Source: Takakia lepidozioides (taxonomy: Eukaryota > Plantae > Bryophyta). Taken from it: a stretch of DNA of 64,000 nucleotides. Below, piece by piece: positions 36,201 through 47,780 of this stretch. A program made the position numbers and the translations under genes. The stretch is taken from the NCBI GenBank assembly GCA_030704615.1, contig CM060731.1:54250001-54314000 (forward strand), in the 5' to 3' direction. Positions within the stretch are counted from its first letter, which is position 1. Each line of letters starts with the position of its first letter. Below the pieces are notes generated by a model. It made no database searches. It had not been told where the DNA came from and was given only the letters and a program-made list of their open reading frames with translations.

Positions 36201-39200
36201 GTTGGGAAGGCATAATGCCCTTGGCCAGCACGTCATTGGCCATAAGAAGGAAATCTTCCGAGACCGCCGACCACAGGTGCTTGAAGAATTCAACCGGAAG
36301 GCCGTCCAATCCTGGGGATTTGAGAGAAGCCAGATTTTCCAAAGCCAGCATGAGCTCCATTTCTGAGAAGGGACCATTAAGCTTGGCATTGTCCTGGGGA
36401 GTGAGAATAGAGGGGACAGAGTCCAGAACTGCACTTCTGCTGATGTGTGAGTTCTCAGAGGCTGGAGGACGAACAAAGATATTTGAGAAATACTGTGTTG
36501 TCACCCCTGCCATTGCCTTTGGATTAACCTGAAGCTCATTAGATTGATCTCGTAATGAGGAAATAGATGTAGAAGCCTGACGCTGCCTAGATTTATGGAA
36601 AAAATAGGCCGACATTTTTTCACTTTTTAGAGACCAGTTTATACCGGCTTTCCTACGGATATTTTCTTCTTTGATTGCACGCAGCTCTGCCAAGTTTCGT
36701 TTCGCCGTAGTGAGAGATTGATGGGTCAAGGGCCCCACCAAACTAGACTCTATCAGCCATTGACAGTGAGAGATGGTTTTGATTAGGGCTTTTTCCTTAC
36801 AGTCCCTATCCATGGCTAGGCCAAAGATTGAGCTGCCTTCCTTGTGCCAGCCAACTTATGAAGAAATCTAACGGATAGAGAAGTGAATTGGTTACCCGCC
36901 TCTTTCCATATTGCAGCAAGTTGCTGAATCACTTCTGGGGATCGAATGAGACTCGGATTCAGTTTAAAGAAACATCTTCCCCTTTGATGGATCCCTGGGG
37001 GAGTAAGCTTGAGAGACAAGAGAGCATGGTCAAAATCTGGCAGTATGGGGGGGAGAGGACCCTGTTTAATCCAAGAGGCAGCCAGCAGAGAGCAGTAAGA
37101 CCTATCTAATCTGGGCATAGACAAGTCTGGGGGGGCTCTATTGTTACTCCAGGTGAATCTGAGAGAGGATCTGGTTGGGATGAAGCTGTCTAAGAGACCC
37201 ATTGAAAAGGTAAGCCTGTCCTAGGCTGGCTGCTCTTCCGGAGAAAGCGATTGCGCAGAAAAGCCCAGCCTGTCCACCATGCGTTCCACCATGTTGAAAT
37301 CATCAACTAAAATCGAGTTGGTCACCTGGAAGTTGCTTAATATCCTTAGCATGGATGTCTAACCATAATTGGGAGCGGTCAGAGGCAGAATTAGGAGCGT
37401 AATTATAAAGGCTGTAGAAGGAAATATAGAATCTTGAGAGGTGAAGGCACATTGTACTCTGCCCAAAATCCAAGACTCCACCTTGATAAATTGAGACAAT
37501 AAGGAAGGGGCAATCAATATGGCCGTGCCTCCTCTGGAGTCTATCACGGTGGGATTCCACCAAAACGAGGCAGCCGGCCAAATAGATGGCCCAAGTGAAG
37601 CAGTCTTCCTTGCATCCAACTTATGCTCCTGAAGGAAAATGATAGAATTAGAAGAGAGATAATTTGAGGCCCATTGCCTAATCCTAGATCTCTTGGGGAC
37701 GGACGCCTCTGATCTGATACCCCTAATATTCCAAGAAAGCAGGTCCCAGCTCATGTAGGAAGCACTTTGAAGCCCGTGAGCCTGTCACGATTTGATGGCT
37801 GAAGATGGGTGACCTCAAAGATGGGTGAGCTTCGAGGGTATCCAAGCAAAGCCCGGGGGGGCTGGGACTTCCGGAGAACCCACAAACCAAATTGTGACTT
37901 TCACTGTCTCTGCTCTTGGATCGGACGAGGGGTTGGCTACAACTTTAATTGAAGATCTTATAGAGAGCGACTGCAAAGATACGTTGAGGAAACGCGAAAT
38001 GAATCCCAAAGCCCTAGATGCTATACAGAACCGGGGGAATTTAAGAGCTGGAAGAATCACCTCCGGAGCAGACTCTGCAGAAAGAACCCAACCATTGGAA
38101 GAAGAGCAGCCTTCTAGGAAAATAAACAAAGGCATAAGAAGAAAGCCAGAGCTCACCGCTGGGGGGGACGGGATAGCAAGATCCAAGGGAGCCAAGCAGA
38201 AGGAAGTATTGTCTGCATATGGAATAGGGACTATAGCCAGGTCATCCGATGGGGCCGATTTTTCGCTATTGCGAGTGTATTTCTTCGATGAGTGGAAAGC
38301 CTCTACCATGGCTCTGCCCGCATCATAGGTTGCCTCCAGAAAGGGCCTTCCTGATGCACTTCCGAGCTCCAGAGGAACCGAGCTTCCATTTAACCACTTT
38401 TGTGCCACCTCTCTTGGCTGCAAGTTGGACACATCAGAGAACCTTAGAAGAGGAAGAACTTGCACGAAAAACAGTTTCTTATTGGAATTTGATTGGTGAA
38501 TCCTTGAGCCAAAATAAACAGCAGACTCAGATAAAAGATCAAACAGTGGCAGAGAGGAAGCAAAGATCTCGCGAATCTTGCTTAGAATTAGCTCAAGCTC
38601 CATTCCCGGGGTCAGTGAGAGAGCTTCCTTCTTCGTGATCCATGCCGAGTTGATTTTGTTTGTTCTTGAGAGTAGGATGGACGAGGAACCTTCAGGGAAC
38701 CCAAAAATGATTGGGGAGATTTTAATGGCCACCGACTGTCATCCCACAAGCTGTGAAGCGTCCTGTAAATCGACGCCCGCGAAAGACCTGAGCTGGAGGC
38801 AGAAGGCAGCCAGACTCTGACTTCCCCCCGGCGAGGTGATGGGGAACAAAGCTGGAATGTTGTCCGAGAGGAATTGCGCACCCTGTGAGGGAGAAGACAG
38901 CAGATAGACCCTTGCGCTTATCGAAGCCGGGGAGAGATCCAGACGGGTTCTCTTTGCCGATGGAGGCGCCGGGGGAGTCACCTCTGATCTCTTGAGGGAA
39001 TTTCCCACAACGGGGCCCTGGGAAGTGCCCACTCCCACATTATCTAGAGAGGAGACCACATTCGCTATTGATCTCAGAAGGACCGGGCATTCTGCCTTGA
39101 CATGGCCTTCTGCATTACAGTGGAAACATAAGACGTTAATAATCACCTCCTGAACAGATACATAGACAAACAAATTGTCTAGAGTGGGAAGCTTTAAAGA

Positions 39201-40570
39201 AGAGACTATAGCTGCCGATTCCGGCATTAACACCACTAGATGAGGCACACCCCCGTCTCTGTGGGCCTCGAAAAATGCCATGTCGTTGTCGATGTTTTGG
39301 GCATCTATCTCAACCTGCTCAAAGACATTCATGACTCCTATGAAAGCGCCAAAGTGCGCCCCAATCTCCGGGAGAGAGCGAAGATAATTCCCTGAAAGAA
39401 AGGGCAAAGCCAGCACTCTGGGCTTGCATGTTACCCCTCCTTTATGGCCCCATCCAGGCGACCAAGGGAATATATAAACCCTGCACTTGGAGAGGGATAC
39501 ATTAAACCTCAAGGCTTTCTCCACCTGATCGTGAGAGCTGAACATTAGAGAGAAGAACCCTCTACCCAGGGCCACACAAAAATGCGAGGTAAGGCCTCCT
39601 CCCGCTCCCAGGTTTTCATAAGCCCATTTCCTTACAAAGGCTCTATCACGAACTCTTCCAGGGAAGTAGAGAAGAATCCCTTGCTCAGACATCATCTGCG
39701 ATTGCTCATTTATGATGCCCATGTTCAACTGCAGAATGGGTTGAGATTCATCGACGGGGGCCGCCACCTCACTCCATTGGGTTGGCGGTCTAGGCGGGAA
39801 AAAATGAGGCCTTGGGCCTATTCTGAGCAGGCCTAGCCCGGGCGCGGGCCTTCTCTGCTTGCCCCTTTCCTGTCTCCTATTATCCCTCCTAGGGCCAAAT
39901 CCATGGGCAGCAGCCTGAACGTAGGCCATAGGGACTTGGGTTCGGTGAGAACAGCACCACAGAAGAAGGGGCAGCAGCACTATGGAAAACCTTCCAAGCT
40001 GCGAAAACACCAAAGCAGACAGGAGAGCAAAGAGGAGAGAAAAGAGAGAGAAGCAATGCAAGCAAGGTGCCAGACAGTTACATCCGAGAGCCCATCCAGT
40101 GACAATGGCGCAAAACTCCGCCGTAGGCATTAATCTTAGTTGCAGAGAAGAATGAATAGCGCCGCAAATGCATCAAATGTCGAGCGCTTGAGATGCGAAC
40201 ACCTTGTTGGGCTCGCCTTCATCAAAAGGTGGCAAGAGGTAGGAACGAATGGCTAGCGAGAGAAGGAACAACATGCTGAACACGCAATCATCCGGAATCA
40301 GGCCTAGCCATGGCCACTCCTTTCTATTTTAAGAGGTCGATGAAGAAAGCCCGATGAGACTGCCCAGGAGGCGGAGGGCGATGGAGAAGTGTAGGAATAA
40401 ACCTAAGAGGGGATGAAGGGAAGGACCGCAGTCTGCGAGAAGACAAAAGAAGGCCTAGCCTTGAAACAGCTAAGTCCTTGTTCCTCTCACCGCAAAACGC
40501 GGAGCCCACCTCTAACATCTTTCTTCCCCCCCTAACACTCACAATTGTTTTTTGGATAACCTTACTAAGT
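33211..40570 (-). mobile_element. Near full-length L1/Tx1-type LINE (ORF1 plus ORF2, frameshifted)
   Basis: Poly(A) tail at about 33206-33217. ORF1 runs 40130-37815 with CCHC knuckle CFHCNAEGHVKAEC. ORF2 starts at 37754: LSWNIRG..FLQE (APE endonuclease), RLDR, SPGLDGLP, NYRPITLLN, VRQGCPLSP, YTDD, and zf-RVT CQVC...ESLDHCLVEC. Confidence 0.93.
37815..40130 (-). pseudogene. LINE ORF1 (gag-like, CCHC zinc knuckle), split near 38735
   Basis: ORFs 38739..40130 and 37815..38732 lie directly upstream of the APE-RT ORF2; CX2CX4HX4C motif present. Confidence 0.75.
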
Positions 40571-40574
40571 CGTA

Positions 40575-41055
40575 GGTGGACTGGTATCAAGTTTTTCACA
40601 TACCAGTCTGGTCCTGGTACTGGCATATCACAAAATTGTCATACCAGTCTGGTCTATATAATGGTGGATGTATTTTTTCGCATATACTAGTATGAATATG
40701 AGTATCATGACCACGATAACAACTAGTACGAGATATCAACTTTGGTATCTTTCCAAAGCCATCTTGAATTATATGTCTATCAAATAGCAAGTATCAAGTG
40801 AAAACAAATAAAATATACATAAAAAGATAAATATACATAAGTACAAGTACATATAAATTAACATAGCACACATACCAGTGAGGAAGACGGTGGGAGAGTA
40901 GTGGTATTGTGGCTGGTATGAAAGAACTGATACCAGCTTGGTATGGTATATGATCAAGTATTTTCCCAAATGATACTAGACTAGTCTGGTATCTATTACC
41001 AGTGCATATACCAATATATATACCAGTCCTTCACCTATATACCAGGCCAACACTG
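40575..41055 (-). mobile_element. Second copy of the ATACCAG-rich hAT MITE; one TIR lost at the LINE junction
   Basis: Reverse-complement match to 9387-9884 along its length. Intact TIR CCAACACTG ends at 41055. Confidence 0.8.
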
Positions 41056-43980
41056 GTATTTTTCTCGTTGTTACCATGGAGTTTCAAGCCTGGCTGATAA
41101 AACTTATCACACGTATAAGCTATTTTAGATAGAAAAAGCTAGTACAATCAAACTTGTAAGTTTTTCCAACAACCAGTAAATTTAAAAGTTTGGGTTATTG
41201 AAGTTTTATTTTTCCTCAATGAAGAACATCCAATCCTCGAGTCTCTCTTTGATTGTGATGGTAGGTGCATCAATGCATAATACGAGCTCATGCCAAGCAC
41301 AGATTTCTGCAGGGGGAGGTTGGAATGTGAATAGATAATGTCAACTGATTTTCTGATCTAGATAAGCCATGTTTTCGGGGCAAAGTAATGACTTGTGACC
41401 TTGTCTTCTCTCTTTGCTGGCTCCTATTAAGAGAATGCCAATCTTGATAAAGAGCCAGTCTTCAAACTTGCGTTCAATGACAATGTAGTGTAATGATGCC
41501 ACAAAAAATTTCATAATTCCAGATACAAAAAATACGAAGGTTTAGGTGATGACAGAAGCTCCAAAAACGATGTGTTTTAACATAGATAGTTGAGAGATTG
41601 AAGTTTTTTAAATTCGAGCATAGAACTTTATGCTGAGGACAGGAGGAGACAAGGTCGTTGGTGATTCAAAGATGAGATGCGGCAGAGTATATTGCAATAA
41701 TTTAAGACCTCATGGACCAGAGTGCTTCCTTGTAGTGCTCATTTGAAATTTGTACATAACATACATATCGATCTGACATAAGGTAGCGATCAAGATAATC
41801 CAACGATCAAGAGATTCTGGGCCTCAAAACTCTCTGCTCCTTCCATCATATTGTGAAGGTTTGCTTTCTAATTCCATACCTTTCATATTCAGAGTTTTGT
41901 TGTAAGATTGCCTTAGTGCCCAAGAATTGTCTATTTTGTTTCTCTTTTGTTTACTGTGCATCTAATGGCATCGCAGGTATTGTGAAGTGCTTGATTGGAA
42001 GAGAAAGTGAGTGGGGCTAATGATTGTTGGAGACCGTGAGTGCAAACAGTGTAAGTGTGTATGTGTATCTTTTGTCCTAAGGCTTACATCTTTCGTGGTA
42101 AGAGATTCTGATGGCTACACCCATAGAGAGATAAACAGCCCTTTCCAGAGCTTCGTTTCATTTATCCCAACGTTGTTCAAGTTCTTGGATCCAATCAGTG
42201 ACTTTTGATACGACCTTCTTAGAGCTGAAAGAGTGGCTAGTTTTCTTGTTAGATGCAGAGGCTTATGTTGGAAGTTTAGACAATGAGGTGTAACTATATG
42301 CGTTTCCAATGGAATAGTTTGGGCCTCTAGACCTTTGTTATAATCAGGTTGATGTTAGATAAAGCTTTGAGACTTTGTTGTTCGACAAATTTGACGCATC
42401 ATTTACATCTTTCGTTTAGTATAGATCCAAGAGTAGTGGTCGTAGCTATAGTTTTTTTAATATGGTTATTTTGGACACCCTTGCTCCTTAGGAACAAAGA
42501 GACGAAGAAACTTTTTGCAAGGGTCTATGGGAATGATGAAGCGAAAGGCCCATGGCACTGAGCAATGCAGACATTGCAACAACTTGATGTAGCAATGGGT
42601 GATCCTAATTAACAAGCCAAAAAAATAGTGGAAGTGGTTCAGCAGATGTTCGGAGATATAGTGTAGATGAAACAATGTATAGTACAATGAACTGCAATCA
42701 GATGGTTTTCTTTGGACGAGCGATGGATGTTTTGGATAAAACTTTATAATTTTTATATGTCATATCTATTGTGAAGGGCCCCATCTTCATCACTACTTCA
42801 TCAAAGAATTTATTTTGATTCACACGTATAATGATAGAGCTATGAAGTAGTATCTATATATTCACTGGCGATAATTTTAGAATGCAACCAGCTGTTTGGG
42901 TGATTGGAATACGTTCTCTCTTCACAAAAAGTTCACAACTCTATCATTATAAGCGTGAATCAAAACAAATAGATATGTTTGGATTGGGGGCTTCACAATA
43001 AATATCATAAATAAAAATTCTAAAGTTGTATCCAAAACATTTATTGCTTGTCCAAATAAGACAGTCTGATTGTAATTCGTCATGAAATTGTGCCTTGCAT
43101 TTCTAAGACCATATCTTTGAACATTTGTTGAACCTTTTTTTAATTTGTTAATTATGATCATCCATTGCTACATGAAGTTGTTGCACCTACGTCAAGCTCC
43201 TAGAGGATAAAATCATTGTGGAGTATGTCATCTTGGACTTTAGAATGAAGCCCCTCGTCTGGCCAGCCGCGTATCATTGCCCACTTACGAAAAGAAGAAG
43301 ACTTGCTAAAATTCTATGAACTATATTTCCTCACCACTAGAGAAGGAACCAAATTAGTAACCGTAGTGCTAAGACAATCTGAACAACTCAAAGCCAAGAC
43401 TCTATGACAAATAGTATAGGTACTAAGCACGAGAGAGTTGTAGATATTTGACACAAAGGTATAATAAAAAATTTGACTTCAATATTCAAGACTTATGTTG
43501 TAAGTTTAGACGATGTGTATACGTCCCCAATGGGATGTTTTGGGCCCGTAGACCCTTGCTCTAATGAGGTTGATGTTAGAGTTGAGACTTTGTTGTTCCA
43601 AACTATCAACAAATTTGACGCATAATTTACATCTTTCATTTATATTCTCGGAATGGTCGAATAGATCATTAGAATTGATACTGGAACGTGTGGTTGACGA
43701 AGTTGAAGATCTTGAACCATTCACATCTTGAACCAGTCCGATCTTGAACCATTTCGATTTTGAACCATTCTGACGAATGTTTGCTTCCTCTTTGAGAACC
43801 AGAGTCCTCAACTCATACTCGTAAGTCACTGAAAAATATCGAAGCCCACAAACCCAATAAAAAAACGACCGGCTAATTGAGAAAATAAAATAAAGAACAA
43901 TACATACCTAAAAAAAATGCATGTTACCATTCAATATTTATTTAACTTTGACATGAATGGCGAAGTACATACCAAAATAA

Positions 43981-44691
43981 TCAGGCTGACTTGTTCACGG
44001 ATGGAAAACAAAAGGATCCAAATATCGCCCATACCAAGACCATAATGGGTGATTCCGATCTATCGCTGCGCGAGATGCTTTTTGCAAAGCTCTCACTCAC
44101 ATACTCAACAACACTGGATACTCCTATCATGTTTGAGATGAATGGCCATACTGCATCATTTATATTAGACAGCTTATTTTTTGACCCATTAAAAGTAAGA
44201 GGGAAATATCCAGTATTTGCAGGGTTTCTGAGTGATTTTGATGGTTCATCATCCACAAGAAGGATTTGCCCTTCCCTCGCAAACGTTTTTCCAGGAAAAC
44301 TAGCAAGAACGGTTTGAATATCCTTAATGAGATATCTCATCCCAGGCTTCATATAGCCGGCTGTCGCATTGCAATGCTCGTTGGACCAAACAAAACAGAA
44401 GAGCTTCATCATATCAATGGGCACAAAACATTGTAGCATCTTAAGAACAATGTATGTTTCAGAGCAAGCCCAAATGGCGACATGAAAATTTTCAAAAAGA
44501 CGCCTCAGGAACTCCATCACTCCAGGCTGAGGAATGACAAAAGGAGTATCGGGGACCTTAATGGTCACATTTCTCCCTGAAAATCTGTTTTTGAACATCT
44601 CTCTTCCGGTCGGAGGTGGTCGATAGCAAATGAGACCATTAACACTCAATATTATGAGCTTCATCCGCCTCTTTGGAGTAGAGGCATCCAT
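43981..44691 (-). CDS. FCP1/NIF (CTD-phosphatase-like HAD) domain exon with degenerate motif I
   Basis: KLIILSVNGLI (DxD lost), PQPGVMEFLRRLFENFHVAIW and ILLVDDEPSKSLRNP, in the typical FCP1-homology order. Confidence 0.75.
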   Translation of the reverse strand: MDASTPKRRMKLIILSVNGLICYRPPPTGREMFKNRFSGRNVTIKVPDTPFVIPQPGVMEFLRRLFENFHVAIWACSETYIVLKMLQCFVPIDMMKLFCFVWSNEHCNATAGYMKPGMRYLIKDIQTVLASFPGKTFAREGQILLVDDEPSKSLRNPANTGYFPLTFNGSKNKLSNINDAVWPFISNMIGVSSVVEYVSESFAKSISRSDRSESPIMVLVWAIFGSFCFPSVNKSA

Positions 44692-46244
44692 GTCTGAAGA
44701 AGCATAATTCTCCTGAAACCAATGTAATTGAGATTAGTGCAGATAGAACACCTATGCAACCTCGACATTTATGTCGAGGTAAATGCATCCTTGAGATTCA
44801 CCGAAGACAATTTGAATATCTCCACGACATTACAAAGTCCTTATGAGGATATACCTAATGGATAAATCAATCACAATGCTTCAGACAACATTAAAGAAAG
44901 ATATGCAGCTACTACATCTTCTAAATCCCTCTTGATTGAGATTCTGCAGAACAAATTCTATACACTTACACAACGTGGACATAGACTAAATCCATGACAA
45001 TGATGGTGTCATCTGGTCGTGGGAAGAAAATTCAAATATCATAAATTCTTTTTGTCCAACTGAAGAGAATGAATCTACAATCGTTAATCATCAGCGGACC
45101 AAATGAGAGCATCGTCCACATGGTCGATTGAATATACATTGATATGCACATATATTACAAGAATCAGTCGGTTACCTTCTGCAACCCTCTCGACTGAAAT
45201 TTTGTAGAACAAGTGCTGGAGTCGGTGGAATTATGAAGGGACAGTAAAACATCTGACGCAATCTTCACGTCTGAGCAAACCATAAGCCTCTTACGAGTGG
45301 ATAGAGATTTCTTCGAACACTCCGAAGTTTTCAGGCCAGACGCACGACATAAATCATCCACTTGCTTTTTCTTTTCAAAAATTTGGACGTTGAGTGCACG
45401 AGGGGATGACATGAGGCTATTTGGATATACATCCGGACTTAATATCTTCATATCATGAATTGAACGTCAAATACTGAGATTATGTTGGATTATAATGCAG
45501 GAGAAGACGTCTCTTCACCCCACCCAATCTTACCTGGAGTAAGAAGATCATCAGGGGAAAAAAAAAAAAAAAAAAAAAAAACTGAATGAGGAAGACAAAA
45601 CAAAAAAAGTATAGGCAATAAATCACCTTGTTCCTCTTCAAGTGTCCATGTGTCCATCCATGATGTTGTGGGGTAAATGTTGGGATTTTCCTCCGGGGCA
45701 AGTCGTCCACTTGCTGTACATCGTCAATACCTGAATGAGTTGTAATTGGACTGACGTTGTGTTCAATGGATTGATGTTATCGCCAATCATCAAGCTTGTT
45801 AACCTCTTCAAGACGATGTTCCACCACAGCAAGAGAGATCTCTAATGGTTGACTGTCACTCTGTTGAGTGATAACCTTGTTTTCGCTCAAATCCTCCAAC
45901 TGAGATCTAATAGACTCAAGTCTTGTGGATACTCCATTGTCACATTCAATAACACGGCGTTCTTAAACATTTTGTACAGACTTTGAAACCTGTAATAGAC
46001 AGGACATGATCAAATGAGACTCAACCTCGATACACCCTTGACATTACTGTCGAAGTTAGTGGAAAGTACACTTAGTGGACAACACAGGTTCTACGATGAA
46101 GCACCGTATCTAAACATTCATACGGAACAACAACGATGTAAGCCTGCAAAACATGCTAGATTGAACGTTTACTCAAAATTTGCACAAAGTGAATATGTAC
46201 ATTTATTTTACATGGGGTTCTAGAACCCCAAATTGTATATCCAA

Positions 46245-46945
46245 TCATTCACAAATAAGATAATCGTTGCGAGAGCTCTTTAGAAAAGATCTAAGACTGT
46301 CATATTTAGGGTCAGAAAGGCTCTTGGGTCCAACCCCAATCCGGTTCTTAACAACATAGTCTGGGACATAATGGACTCTCCAGCATCCCATCAAGAAACT
46401 TTTGAAGCACCAACAAGTAGTTGTTGTCGGTCTCAATTGACTCAAATGTCTTCAAGAATAAGCATGACCCTACAGGATTGAGTAGATATTTCAGAGGAGT
46501 ATCATCAATCAGAAGCGTATTTCTGTCATCGAACTTTCCTCTCGTCTTCACCCATAGTCCCGCAAGTGGCTTCAGAAACACGTTCGGGGAGTTTTTTAAT
46601 CTATCATTATAGTTTAAATGGACTTTGCTAGGACACGAAAGGCAATCCTCCTGCGACATAATGAAGTCTGGTTGTGGTAACCCCTCCAACATGATATCAA
46701 GGACGGGCTTGAGGTTCCTTAGCTCCATGCAGCTCCAAATAGCTAGGTGGAATCGCTCATGTAAATGCTTCCACATCTCGATATTTCTCCCGCGTAAAAA
46801 TCTGCTTTCTAATGATCACAATATGAATGTTGAAGTCATTCTCGGAATATTTAGGCACAGGATTATTAGATCCTTGAGACCGAATGATTTTGCAGAGAAC
46901 ACCGTTCAGATCAAATATAATCAGACGAGATTTACCACTATCCAT
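46245..46945 (-). pseudogene. Second FCP1/NIF-like HAD domain, frameshifted
   Basis: RLIIFDLNGVL (46945 ORF), HERFHLAIWSCM...NTLLIDDTPLKYLLNP (46776 ORF) and VPDYVVKNRIG (46445 ORF), spread across two frameshifts. Confidence 0.78.
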
Positions 46946-47780
46946 AGATAAAGACGTAGGTGGTGGTCGAATTTGTGATGAATAGAAGAACAGAGTAAGG
47001 GATTGATTCAGCAGAAAATAAAGTGTCAGTCGAATATATAAAACTTCACCTCGACACTAATGTCGAGGTAATCTACCATCCGCGATAAAACCCGGAATTG
47101 CATCCCAGCGGTAAAAACGAAGGATATCACTGAAAAATGTGTTCATACGAGCGTTCGCAATCCTAGCACTTACTCCCTGTGGCTATGGCTACATGGCCAT
47201 ACTTACCATGTTAACCACATATTCCATAACATTTGCCTTAACATAACATAACATTTGCCATAATATAAAGCATTTGTCAGTGTTTCAAATAAAGTCTTGT
47301 CGTTCCAATTGTGCACACGCACCCTTTCAATGAATCTTAGAATTCAATGGGTTAAGTTGTAAAAAAAGCTATAGAGTGCAACCTGATTAGAAAACTCAAA
47401 ACAAAGCAAGGAATACTGATTATAAATATAAGAATAAAGTCATACCTGCTTGTGAGCCTTCTGTGTTGCTTGTTGGGGACTCGTCACTTCTCCGATGGAA
47501 TCGGTCGGTAACCTCGCCATTGAGGTCGATGTTCCCACAAAAGCTGTTGTTAGAGCATTAATCTTCACAGTCACATCTACTAGTCTGTTCGAAGCATTGT
47601 TCTTTGAAGTGAGAGGTCTTAACGTTTTGGATTTTGTCATCTGCATCTCAATTCATGGGATTTGAATTATGCTCTATTTAACAACAATTCGAAGACTCAA
47701 GTTTCTTGCTATAAAAATGACATGCGAATATCTTAAAACAATGGGAAAATCTCATAACCATTTACACAACCAGCTCTGTA

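Noticed and set aside
28187-38820. Antisense ORFs over the LINEs (for example 28187..28777 - and 37825..38328 +)
   Set aside because: Shadows of the coding strand with no independent motifs.
41725-41737. CACTACAAGGAAG on the minus strand, resembling a CACTA terminus
   Set aside because: No subterminal repeats, partner TIR or TSD were found; probably chance.
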